A stretch of 62,471 nt of DNA, filler included, from Nemertoderma westbladi (Eukaryota; Animalia; Xenacoelomorpha), in NCBI GenBank assembly GCA_032718475.1. It is 3 parts of 3 records of this genome, joined end to end, with 100 filler letters (N's around TTAATTAATTAA, not from the genome) between each part and the next. Parts side by side here need not be neighbours in the genome. Positions count along the whole stretch, not along the records: positions 50,550 to 62,471 come from JAUCBJ010000776.1; 2 more parts are not named here. One strand, 5' to 3'. The position numbers and the translations under genes are program-made. This document shows positions 50,550-62,471 of this stretch, piece by piece. The notes beneath the pieces were generated by a model that saw nothing but the letters and a program-made list of their open reading frames with translations, did no database searches and was not told the origin of the DNA. Positions within the stretch are counted from its first letter, which is position 1, and every line of letters starts with the position of its first letter.

Positions 50550-51529
50550 TGCCATAATAAATATTTAATATATATAAAATATTAAACAAACGTGGATTTT
50601 CTTATTTTTAAAAAAGTTTTTAATCCCATCGAACAGTCTTTATTGTTTTTGGGTAAGTTGTTAGCTCTGATTATGTGAATGTCCAATTTCCCATGCAATT
50701 CGATCCCTCCATTGCTGGTGTCATCCATTGTTTACTTTTTTTTATTCAGATTTCGTCACTCAGAAGTCGAACATGATTAGCAGCCTCAATCCTCATGCAA
50801 GCCTTAATGAAAATAAAAGACGTGTTTAAATAAACGAAAAAATCTGACAGTATGTTGTATTCACAATACAGTAACATTGCGATTGTACTGTGTATGCGTA
50901 TTCAGTCTTCATTTTTATTCTAGAATTAATATTTGACATTTTGCCAGTAAGATGGTAGCTCTTCATTTTGATTTTGTGTTAGCTAGTACTTTTTATTAGC
51001 TAGTGAAAAGAATTATAATTGAAAAATTGAAAAATAATGGACAGTCTTTTTTCTTGTAAAAATGCGTTTTATTATGAAGTTTTTGTTCTAGAACAAATAT
51101 TTCACCTTCTGACAGTAAGATGGTAGCTAGTACTTTTGATTTAGTGTTAACTTTAGGGCTATTTATTAGCTAGTAAAAAAAAATAAAAAATTTAATTTAA
51201 TTCTCAATTATATATTTGTATGGATGAAAATATGAGTCATGCTAGCTAGTAATTTTAGGTGAAAGTCAAAGTAGCTAAGTAATTATTTACTACTGTAGCT
51301 ACTAGTTTTTAAACAAAATATTGGCGGATTTCAAAATACAGTTTTTACAATTCTGAAATGTAAATTGACAATTGTACCAAAATAAAAACCTCACGATAAT
51401 AGCCATTAACATGGTCAAATAATTGGTCAAAAAGTGTGAACGCTACGCATAGCTTAGTAATGCCGTACTGTACGGAATGGCCTAACCCAACCGCACCAAT
51501 ATAAAAAATAAAGCATGGGATTACACTGA

Positions 51530-52510
51530 GGATAGGTCTGTGTGTCCAGTGTCCTTACATGAACTGTGAACTCTATATTACTAAGTGATTTCCTAATGTA
51601 AAGATAGTGTCCGAGGCAAATTATTGGTTCCGTCCTAAACTAGCCAATCCAAAGTCGGGCAAATCCCTTTGGTTCTGCGACCAGCCAACTGGGAAGAACC
51701 ACTTTGCAATAATATTTAAATCCATTGTCGAGACCGCCGATTTAAAGAGTGATGGACGTAAAATAACGCCTAACTGCTGCCGAAAGACAACAGCACAATC
51801 AATCGTAGACAATGACGTGCCTGTGAACTATGCACAGATGAAACGGGGCCATAAAAGCCTGTCCACGACCTATACAGTAGTTATATCCGTGGATACTTCT
51901 AACCAGAAAATCAGCAACATTCTTTCCTCGGTGCGTGAAATCAGGTGGGGATAGCGTACGAGCAGCGGAGAAAGTCGCACACCACGAGGTTGATGCAGCT
52001 GCAACCAAGTCCTTGAATTCAGTGCAGGTGGAAGCGAATTGGAAAGTGGAAGGAAGTGGAATCGAATTCTATTTACGAATAATGTGATTGCCGGTGACAT
52101 TAACATAACTTTCACAAAATAGACAGTATACCTCGTAACAATCAGAAACCCTGCAGTCAATTGCTCAAATGGCTATAATTATTTATATTGCGCTTCGAAT
52201 ATTATAGGGCCACCTTCAAATAATATTCAGAAATAAATTCATTGCCGTGTAAACAGATAGTTATTTTATAAATGTAGATAATTATTCTTCCCCCAAAAAA
52301 CCAAGCCCCTTAGATTTGTTAATTAACCATGTCGGTGTGGAATAGTTACGCGGGAAAATAACTGCGGTTGGGTAATAACTGACTTATTACCCTAGTTTTG
52401 AGTTATTTTCCCGGTTATTTTGCCCGCGAGCAGGATACAACCCAAGGGCCGCAGGCCCGAGGGTATCATGCCCCAAGGGCAAAATAACCGGGAAATAACC
52501 AGGGTAATAA
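51530..52510 (+). mobile_element. Crypton-like element remnant: tyrosine-recombinase (DUF3504-like) C-terminus plus terminal palindrome
   Basis: CPV..WFRP..WFCDQPTGKN..KITPNCCRKT..RGHKSLST.Y..Q.ISNILS; palindrome GTTATTTTCCCGGTTATTTTGCCC..GGGCCGCAGGCCC..GGGCAAAATAACCGGGAAATAAC at ~52402-52499. Confidence 0.7.
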
Positions 52511-52942
52511 ATATAGATAAACTAAACAAATCCCGCATATAATGTTCTTTTAGTTCACAAATATAAAAAAAGATACCGAAAAACATAAAATAAATAACTG
52601 GTAAAAAAAAGAGGCAGTGGGTGTCAACAGCGTGAAGTACTGTAGTACCCTACATAAATCCAGTATTGAATGGATATTGAGTACCGGTACAATTATGGAG
52701 TACGCCAAGCACACACTAAAGTTGTAATAACTTTTAAGTTTGTGAATTGATTTTGCTTAAAATACGTGCAAACGTTTTACTTCGATGCTCTTTCAACACA
52801 TGTAATAAAATTCCATCAAAAATATTCTATTGTACTTTTTCACCGCGAAAAAAGTAAAATCAATGCTATCCTACATATATTTTACATATTTTTTTCCTAC
52901 ACATGTATATTACTTTTTTCCCTATAAGGAAACAACGTAAGC

Positions 52943-53442
52943 ATTAGTATGGCCTGGGTACCCACTTTTTGAACAATTTTTGTACTATGAAAATGGCTTT
53001 TATCATGAGGTTTTTTTCTTCCAGAACTAATATTTGACCTTCTGACATTCAGTAGGTAGCTAGTTTTTAATTTTTTTTTTACTAGCTAGTACTATTTACT
53101 AGCTAGTAGAAAAAGTTATTTTCGAAAAAAGAATAATTCTATATAAAAAGTGTATTAATGTAATTTCCATAACCATCAAGATATTCTAGAATATATGTTT
53201 TAGTGAATTTTAGTGTGCTTTTATGAAAAACCAAATAAAAAAAACACTAGATATTATAATATTTGTCAAATTTTATTTTTTGACTAGCTAGAAAAGTACT
53301 AGCTAGTAAAAAAAACTAAAAAAAAACTTGCTACCATCAGAATGTCAAATATTGGTTCTGGAACAAAAAACCTCATGATAAAAGCCATTTATTTAGGCAT
53401 GTAAAATTTTTGTCAAAAAGTAGGTATCCAGGCCATACTAAT
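52943..53442. mobile_element. ~500-bp palindromic MITE; related AT-rich repeat pieces at ~50900-51400 and ~54450-54990
   Basis: ATTAGTATGGCCTGG / CCAGGCCATACTAAT termini with long imperfect arms; recurring GTAAGATGGTAGCTAG motif. Confidence 0.65.
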
Positions 53443-53995
53443 TGCCAACAATCAACATACTCCTTCTTCTCCCGACTTTTCGGTATATTCGTGCGAAAAT
53501 GTAACAATTTGAGAATAATAATTATTTTAGTATTGCAACGAATACAACGAGAACAAAAAATACTTTCTTTTTGTAAAATATTTTGTTTTCCATCAAATAT
53601 TTAATTCACTTTTGATTGAAAACGTTTCAATCAAAAACTTAAGATAAATTTTTCACCATTGTCTAATTAATCAATACTACTGTAGCTACTATCTATGGCT
53701 TTACTTTGTGAGTGAAAATGATATTCCAGAATGTTATTCAAATAATCAAACCAAAAAAGTCGATTAAACTACAGGAGCGAAATAAATGTTTACTATATAT
53801 TTTAATGGTAAATTATTTATTAAAAGTTACCAACGTAATATCGATCAAGAAAAATAAAAATAAATAAAAATAATGCGAATTCAACAGAATAACCTGCTAG
53901 ATCGTTTATTTTTATTAATATTTTATTATCCGCATTAATATTTGGATAATTAAATACTTTATGCTGACTTCAGATAGGGGGGGGGGGGGGGGGGG

Positions 53996-54237
53996 GGGGG
54001 GGACTGGACGCAATATCAATTCATCACTCTACAGGGGAAATTTGACGCAAATAACAGCTGATTACTTTCAAAAATAAACTGTAACCTGTTTCTTCTATTG
54101 TATTTTAGTTTATTGTTTTGGTTAAAATAATGTGCCACTGTAACCTGCTCCTTTCCCTAAATTGAGAATTTAACATTGAGGCGGGATATTAATTCGCAAT
54201 ACGTCAATTCGCCAATTTGCGTCCAGTTTCCCCCCCT
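53996..54237. mobile_element. Small MITE-like element
   Basis: GGGGGGACTGGACGCAA ... TTGCGTCCAGTTTCCCCCC inverted termini. Confidence 0.5.
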
Positions 54238-55173
54238 GTCTCGCTGACTTTAAATACTGATGTGCACTTTTGCGGATAATAAAGCGGATATTTTCTAAGA
54301 AAACAGATCATGCTAAAGAACTACTTCATATTCATGCTATTTGATCAAGCCTTGTATTTGATGCATATCATATTTCTTTCTAAAAAGTGTTCTATGATGA
54401 AACATTTTGAAAATTCATTTTTTCTAATATAAATACCCGTGGGCATTACGATGTTATGGGTACCCAGTTTTGACCAATTGTTTTCATATGAAAATGACTT
54501 CTATCATGAGGATTTTTGTTCTAGAACAAATATCTGACCTTCTGATAGTAAGATGGTAGGTAGCCAGTAATTTTGATTTTGCGTTAGCTAGTACTTGACT
54601 TTTTATTAGCTAGTGAAAAAAATTAGAATTAAAAAATTGAAAAAAAATGTTGACCAACTTTTTGCTTGCGAAAATGGCTACTATTTTGAGGTTTTTTGTT
54701 CTATAATAATTATTTGACCTTCTGGCAGTAAGATGGTAGCTAGTAATTTTGCTTAGCTACTGTAGTAATTTTGATTTTGTGTTAACTAGTACTTTTTAAT
54801 AGCTAGTAAAAAAAATTAAAAATATAATTTAATCCTCGATTAAAAATATTTGTCTGGAATAATTTATGAGTCGTGGTACTGTAGCTAGTAATTTTTAATT
54901 GATAATCAAAGTAGCTAGTAATTATTTACTAGCTAGTTTTTTATACAAAATAGAGGTTGCTGTCAAACAGTTTTTACTATTCAGAAATGTAAACTATACA
55001 TTTTTTATTAAACTCAGTCAGAACACTACCGTTGCTTAAAGGACTAGTTTATCGTGTTTAATAATATTCATTGATCAGTTCCAGAGCATCCAAAAATTTC
55101 TAGATTTATTTCTCCTTTTATTAGGCTGCTCTATTAGTAATTTCTAGAATTTCTTGATTATATGAAAACTGTG

Positions 55174-56654
55174 GAAACTTACCAGCATTAATCAATGCTA
55201 TGGTTGATCTAGCTCAGCTTCTGTTCAACCGAAACTTACCAGCATTAATCATTGCTATGGTTGATCTAACTCAGCTTCTGTTCAACCGAAACTTACCAGC
55301 ATTAATCATTGCTATGTTTATCTAGCTCAGCTTCTGTTCAACCGAAACTTACCAGCATTAATCATTGCTATGGTTGATCTAGCCCAGCTTCTGTTCAACC
55401 GAAACTTACCAGCATTAATGATTGCTATGTTTATCTAGCTCAGCTTCTGTTCAACCGAAACTTACCAGCATTAATCATTGCTATGGTTGATCTAGCCCAG
55501 CTTCTGTTCAACCGAAACTTACCAGCATTAATCATTGCTATGTTTATCTAGCTCAGCTTCTGTTCAACCGAAACTTACCAGCATTAATCATTGCTATGGT
55601 TGATCTAGCCCAGCTTCTGTTCAACCGAAACTTACCAGCATTAATCATTGCTATGGTTGATCTAGCTCAGCTTCTGTTCAACCGAAACTTACCAGCATTA
55701 ATCATCGCTATGGTTGATCTAGCTCAGCTTCTGTTCAACCGAAACTTACCAGCATTAATCATTGCTATGGTTGATCTAGCTCAGCTTCTGTTCAACCGAA
55801 ACTTACCAGCATTAATCATTGCTATGGTTGATCTAGCTCAGCTTCTGTTCAACCGAAACTTACCAGCATTAATCATTGCTATGGTTGATCTAGCTCAGCT
55901 TCTGTTCAACCGAAACTTACCAGCATTAATCATTGCTATGGTTGATCTAGCTCAGCTTCTGTTCAACCGAAACTTACCAGCATTAATCATTGCTATGTTT
56001 ATCTAGCTCAGCTTTTGTTCAACCGAAACTTACCAGCATTAATCATTGCTATGGTTGAGCTAGCTCAGCTTCTGTTCAACCGAAACTTACCAGCATTAAT
56101 CATTGCTATGGTTGATCTAGCTCAGCTTCTGTTCAACCGAAACTTACCAGCATCAATCATTGCTATGGTTGATCTAGCTCAGCTTCTGTTCAACCGAAAC
56201 TTACCAGCATTAATCATTGCTATGGTTGATCTAGCTCAGCTTCTGTTCAACCGAAACGTACCAGCATTAATCATTGCTATGGTTGATCTAGCTCAGCTTC
56301 TGTTCAACCGAAACTTACCAGCATTAATCCATTGCTATGGTTGATCTAGCTCAGCTTCTGTTCAACCGAAACTTACCAGCATTAATCATTGCTATGGTTG
56401 ATCTAGCTCAGCTTCTTTTCAACCGAAACTTACCAGCATTAATCATTGCTATGGTTGATCTAGCTCAGCTTCTGTTCAACCGAAACTTACCAGCATTAAT
56501 CATTGCTATGTTTATCTAGCTCAGCTTCTTTTCAACCGAAACTTACCAGCATTAATCATTGCTATGTTTATCTAGCTCAGCTTCTTTTCAACCGAAACTT
56601 ACCAGCATTAATCATTGCTATGGTTGATCTAGCTCAGCTTCTCTTCAACCGAAA
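55174..56654. repeat. 57-bp satellite (CTTACCAGCATTAATCATTGCTATGGTTGATCTAGCTCAGCTTCTGTTCAACCGAAA), ~26 copies with 56-bp variants
   Basis: Direct tandem periodicity; unrelated in sequence to the 12.9-18.2 kb satellite. Confidence 0.97.
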
Positions 56655-58968
56655 TGCGAAAAATCATAAAGTTGTATATATTACCTACTGTACCTACAGT
56701 ACGTATCCTTAATATTATTATCAAGTAATTCTAGAAAACTTAATAAATAACACCATGACGCGTAATAAATTATCTTAATTTAGTCACAAATGATAGTAAA
56801 GATACGCCAATTCAAAATTCAAATTATTCTTGTAGTGTTCTATAATTTTCGTTACAGTTTGTAATATTTACTCGCATCTCAGCCGTCGCTGCGCTACTGT
56901 ACAACGATCGCTATATGGTATGTACAATCGATAGATCAATCCAACCCCGTTTATAGTTTCTCGTAATGTAGTCGATGCTAATAGCTGTTTTTCGTGATCA
57001 TGAAAGTAAGCACACGCAACTATCCACACATCCATAATCTCGTAAGAATTAAATACTTGAATAATAATCTATCTCAAATAATGGGGTTCACGACTCAAAT
57101 TCAAAAGCAGATTAATTAGATGCAATATCACAGAAACATAATGGCGTTTACAGAATTCAATAAGATGCTAAAATAGCCGAGATATTGGTGTTTTCAGTTT
57201 AAAAATTATTCAAAATATTAAAACGATCTGTGATTGGTCGTGACGTCACTATACGCCTCCGAATCCCATTTATATATCAACATTTCAGATACCTTCCTTA
57301 TTCAGCACTTGAATTCATTACTACAGTACTACCGCACGTCGAGTGAGTTCGAACTGAGGAATTCAGTTCCCTCAAGTTCCTCAGAATTCAGTTCCTCCCG
57401 ATTCTCCATAGTTGTAGCCATTTCGTTTATCTTTCTCACAAGTCCAGAATGGATACCTTTCAATTGGGCTATGTCATAGCAGGTAAGGTAGTCGTCCATG
57501 GGAACGTCTACCTCTTTGTGATTGCCAGAAATTTAATCTAGTATGACCTCATCTTTAATTGGAGTGATACTGTTATTAATAATATTACATGAACTGAACT
57601 ACAATTATTGTTTTATAAATAAATAGGCAAATAGAAAAGGAAGGGATTAACTGAGGAATGTTAACAATGTTGATGGACACGCCTCCCTTCCTAAAGGGGC
57701 ATAGAAGAAGTGCACCATTCATTTAATTGTACAACAGAACATTTGGGAAAGATTAAGTCAATGCTTGCGTTCAATGGCAGCTATGCTTCACACAGTGGAC
57801 CAAGGCTTCTTTCTCCCAAGGCTTCCCAAGCACATAGTTTAAACAATAAGTTTAGAACGCCTTTGAGTTCTACTGTTGCTTGTAAATCAATTATTAAGGA
57901 TTAGGATTACCTCGGTAGAGGGCACGTTATTCCCATCTATTATTGTTCGCGTTTTACAGCAGCTGTAAAGCACCATCTGCTTCGTTTTAGTTCATAGGGT
58001 TACATATAATAAATGTATTAATTTTTTCTACCATATACCATTTTACAAAGTTTGTGCGATAACGACGACAAGAGATAATTTTTGCTTTATAAATTTTTAG
58101 CTTCACTGTAGAACAAAAGATGGATAACAAAAACACGTGGGAAATATAGTCAAAGAAACATATTTCATGATAATTTAATTTTTGGGTTAAATTTTTGAGA
58201 TAACAATATATTTTAACGTTTTTTGAACAACAAATTTTTACAAAGAGAGAAGGGATATTCAGGGGGGACGACGCTTTGAAAGCTCGGTTATAGTTAATAC
58301 AACTAACGAAATGCCAAGGCCGCCAAGGGGGATATAATATTTTTAACATCTAGAATCTATTTAATTAATTAATTATTATTGCGTCGCTGAATCTGTTTAA
58401 GTGTTCAGAAGGGCGTTATTTCACTATACAGATTTCACCCACACAAGCCAAGACTGCCGAAATTAGTGGGTCAGATAGTAATAAGAGGAAAGATTAAAGT
58501 TCCGAGGCCTATTGTTGTTAGGCAAAATTGACTAAATATATAGGCCTATTATCCTATAATTATCTGAGTTTTATAAAAAATATTTTTCGTCAACATCACC
58601 GTCGTCCACACCCCCAGGTTATCGCGAAATTCGAATATCAAAAGTTAGATATGGGTTGCATGAAACACCTCATTTTCTCTTTCGTCATCTTATTGATAAT
58701 AAAGGTAGGTTTATTTCATAGTTTGTTGTTCCTATTTAGTTATATTGCAGGTTTCAAATACCGCGCTCATTTATGATGTAATAAAAATAAATATTGAAAA
58801 GTACCTGTACAAGTACTTTTATGCTTTCGTGTGTTTTACATCAAACATGGGGGGGGGGCGGCTAACACCTCCCTAGTTCGGAAATTGTCTAAAGGTCATC
58901 AAAAACAGGTCCAAAGTTTCCCTTTTTGGGCCATTTTGGTCTACAATGGCCCCCAAACCATTTTCAGT

Positions 58969-59920
58969 TACTACTACTAGGATCGGCATGCTGCAATGCA
59001 GCTGCATTTTTAAGAATGCTGTGCCGGCTTATCGACAAAATTGCTCCGCCATAACTCCCTATCACCCATGACATTTGCTAGATTATCCGCATCTTCAAGG
59101 CCAGTGTCCTTTAAGATGCGTCTCAAGAAAGTCATGGGCTGTCCACCATGCTTATTCCCTCCATGAGGCTGCCAAAGTACAAGATTGTGTACTGGCTGGT
59201 CCTCACGGCGAAAGCAATGTCCTGCAAAGCGGAGGCGATTTTGTTCTACTGTCAAGCTTGGGGGAACCAATGAGACACCTCCAATGTTATATAGTGTCTG
59301 GTTGGAGATGTGTGCATTGTACTTGACACAATGAACACGGCGTAGCATTCTTGTGAATGTGCCATCCAGAGATTTGGTGTCCTCAGCAGTTAGAGCCCAG
59401 CATGGACTCCCATAGAGGAGTACTGGAACTACTGCTGCTCTAAATAATCGGACCTTAAGTTTCCGATTAATTCTCGGTGACTTCCAAATCCTGGAAAGCC
59501 TATTTAAGGCTGCCCATGCCTTTCCCTTACGTATTCGAAGGTCCTCACCTGACTTCCGGATCCATGATCCCAGGTAACAGAAGTCATCCACATGCTCAAG
59601 CATACCATCTTTTGAGCTTATGCTCATCCGACCAGAGACTTGCTGAGGACTTTCAAAGTTAACTGTCAAAATTTTGGTCTTTCTGGAGTTAATAAAAACT
59701 ATACTAATACTAGACTATACTCTAATACTAGAAGCAGCATGTTCTAATGAACTGAGGAGCTGTTGGGCTCCCTCTAGTGATTCTGAGAGTACTCCTAAGT
59801 CATCAGCAAAGTCTGGATCAGTTAGGTACTTGGCAGGATTTCCTCGACTTCTGGAGCCAGTAGGTGGAGTTATCATCACCCCATCATCATTATGATGATC
59901 TAAGGACATGCGTAGAACAT
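58969..59920 (-). mobile_element. 5'-truncated RTE-like LINE (best-preserved 3' part in the window)
   Basis: DPDFADDL (RT), VDDFCYLGS, VLLYGSPCW, RLRFAGHCFRR..LWQPHG..MGDRELWR; short 3' UTR and (TAG)n tail. Confidence 0.9.
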
Positions 59921-61638
59921 TTTCAGTTAAAAATTATCAGAAGAATTCGATGCAAGGGTCTTCGGAACTTATTATTCTAAATTTCGACAAATATTGGTGG
60001 AGAATTAGCCTTTGGCGGAAAAAGCCACTTTTGGCCATTATGCGGCCAATTTCGGGCCAATTTTAAAAATATTTGGTTTCGCTATTCTTAAACAACCCAG
60101 ACGAGGTTTAGTGGCACAAAAAATTATTTCCACCAATTTTTAGGGTCCAGAGAAACCAAAATGTGGGGTTCAATTTGGGGGTGTTACCCCCCCCCCCCCC
60201 CCCCCCCCCGCTTAATATATATTTTTTGATTATTTTCAAGGATTGCGCTGAGGCGTCGATAGCACCAACACATCCACCGCTACCACCAACAACAACACCA
60301 TCACCATGGGACCACCATGGAGGAGACGGAGATTCAAACCCAAGCTGCGATGATTGCTGGGGGATTAACTTCCACTCGTCTTCTTGCGAAGCTATAATGC
60401 ACAGCTGCATGTAACAATATGTCCCATAATATCTGTAACAATATAATCCTTAATATAATCTGTAATCCGTAACAATATAAATACTAATAGCCTGTACACT
60501 ACTGTACAGGCTAATGTTGATTTTAGTATTTATATTGTTACGAACACATAGCATTCATAGGTGGTGGTTGTTTGGTATATCGTACTGTATCGGGAATGTT
60601 ATATTAAAATTATTTGTGGTGGGAAAACATATTTATTGATATAATAATACATTTTATTCTTTTTGGCATTGCAGACCGCCCTTAGGGTAGTATGGGTGTG
60701 GGTATGTGGGTAAACGTTGCACACATATACACACCACCTCTCCACCTCTCTCCCTAACGTACCTCTAAGAGTTGAAGCTTCAATATTACTTTCAATCGAT
60801 TCAGCGGTCCAGATAACCTATAAAAATGGGTTGAAATGAAAACCTTGTGGTATTTTCTGAATATCGTAATTATGAAAATTTGAAGTAAGCCTACTTGCCA
60901 TGCCCTAATTTTGGTGCACCATAAATGATGTTCCACTAATAATTGAGTCTTCTATATTACTTTCATTCGATTAAGCGGGCCAGAAAACCCATCAAATTGC
61001 GTTGAAATCAAAACTTCGGAGTATTTAACGAATATTGCAATTTAGAAAATTTGAAGTGCCACGCCCTAATTTTAGTGCACCAAAATTGACGTAGTAGAGT
61101 GCTCCATACGAATCAAAATCAATAAAAAAAGCCCCAACATAAAGAATTACTAACTCACAAATGACCTTGTAAAATTCAAAAATGTCAAAAAAGTTTCTGC
61201 AGGGGACCAAATTTTGAGGTGGCACCCACATCGAAAAGTTGAAATCTAATTGCAACGCCGTTTTTTGCAAAATATGCGCCATTAAATTTGACAAATTCTC
61301 GTAAAAAATTGGGCTGGTACATAATGTGGTTGCATAGATACAGCAATTAAAAACTAGGGAGGGGCCGATTCCCCCCCCCCCCCCCCCCCCCCCCCAGTGG
61401 TAATAGTGTTAATTAATTAATTAATTCGAAGATTTTGTTTGGAACTTTAAAAGATAGGTTTCGAATGGATAAACAAGTGAGCTATTTGGAAAGGAAACTA
61501 ATTGGCGTGCGGATACGTTGCATTCATTGTGAGCGGATTCAATTCCGCCTCACTATCCCCATAAAGTTAGAGCAGTGGCGCCCTTTTCAGCAATATTGGA
61601 GATACGAGATTAATCACAACTAATCTCGTATCACACCC

Positions 61639-62471
61639 AATAACGGGGACAACCCACAGCCCCGAAGGCCACACAAAGGGAGGTGGTTAGAGGTCAAACC
61701 ACCTCGAGAGGGAAAGTAACAGCAGCGGGGGGGAATCACTCCCACAGAGGTGAGAGCCGAGAATTAGAGTATTAGCCAATAAGGGCGAGGGAAGCATCCG
61801 CTAGATAAAGAGGCCAAAGTAGTGTAGGAGTGGCAATTATATATTATATTGCATACAGCTGAGTTGTTCAGTTATCTCAGTCACTCAGTGGAGACCAGTG
61901 ACATTTCGTACCATCACCATCACTACAGGTACAACATCTTATATTATATTTGCATACACTCTGACAACTGTGCTGTTATATTCTATATCAGTATCTGCAT
62001 TAAGCTATAACAATATTAGAATGATGACAACAAACTATCTTTTTCCCAATTACACGGTGACGCGTAACGTAATAAACCAGTCGGGATCCCCTGATCCCGT
62101 CACAGTACTAAATTCAGGAACCACAACTGTGACTGCCAGATAGTAGAGAAGAACAAAGATGAGCACAGGACAACCAAGATTGTCGGAGGGAGAGAGGACG
62201 CCGCCGCGGACCCCGGACGATACCAACAACCTAACGATCCGTGAGGCCGCGACGAGACCATATCGACCTACGACGCCGGACTCGCCGAAGAGAGACGATC
62301 CGGCAGTCCAAGCGGAGGGCGGCCGTCTACCAGGAGGAAGAGACGAGTCGACGCACGACGGCGGTCGAAGTACCGAAGTCGCCGGCCAGCCACAGGCCGA
62401 GGGCGACGGACGGCCCACCGGAACGGCGACGGTGGGGCCGCCGGTACGACGCCGAACCAGGAGAGGAGGAG
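61639..62471 (+). mobile_element. Possible LTR (~61639-62104) and start of a gag-like ORF (ATG 62159, open to window end)
   Basis: TAACGGG...CCCGTCACA imperfect termini, TATA-like stretch (~61838), AATAAA at 62071, then a GC-rich low-complexity open frame. Confidence 0.4.

Noticed and set aside
55596-56519. Repetitive hydrophobic ORFs (MVDLAQLLFNRNLPALIIA)n
   Set aside because: Satellite translation, repeatedly frameshifted by 56-bp units
28514-56654. Three unrelated repeats share a 57-bp period and another is 38 bp (multiples of 19)
   Set aside because: No sequence similarity among them, and other arrays are 30, 34 and 64-75 bp; treated as coincidence

Overview
Repeat-rich animal (probably invertebrate) nuclear DNA, not prokaryotic; there are no CRISPR arrays or rRNA genes. 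Host-like coding sequence is sparse: an intronless S-methyl-5-thioribose kinase (MtnK-like) ORF (10422-11594, -), an isolated terminal exon of a galactose-3-O-sulfotransferase (24106-24748, +), and a tentative short-intron gene at 163-2167 (-). The rest is mobile DNA and tandem repeats. These include two large decayed BEL/Pao LTR retrotransposons (~27.8-38.1 kb and ~38.1-50.4 kb) plus an inverted fragment, several RTE-like LINE fragments, a 5'-truncated CRE element, an Academ transposase pseudogene, a Crypton-like recombinase remnant, several MITE/foldback elements, and minisatellites of 30, 34, 38 and 57 bp. Two 100-bp assembly gaps are present. The most notable observations are: (i) BEL element 1 carries an extra ORF encoding a DEDDy/WRN-type 3'-5' exonuclease fused to three CCHC knuckles, preceded by a covarying double-hairpin array and possibly lying inside a ~4.4-kb LTR; (ii) a tRNA-like Pol III cassette with a minimal hammerhead ribozyme in place of the anticodon arm, present as an inverted pair; (iii) an identical 20-nt hairpin dispersed five times through BEL element 2 in different reading frames. 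All family calls come from motif recognition by eye; no database searches were run.
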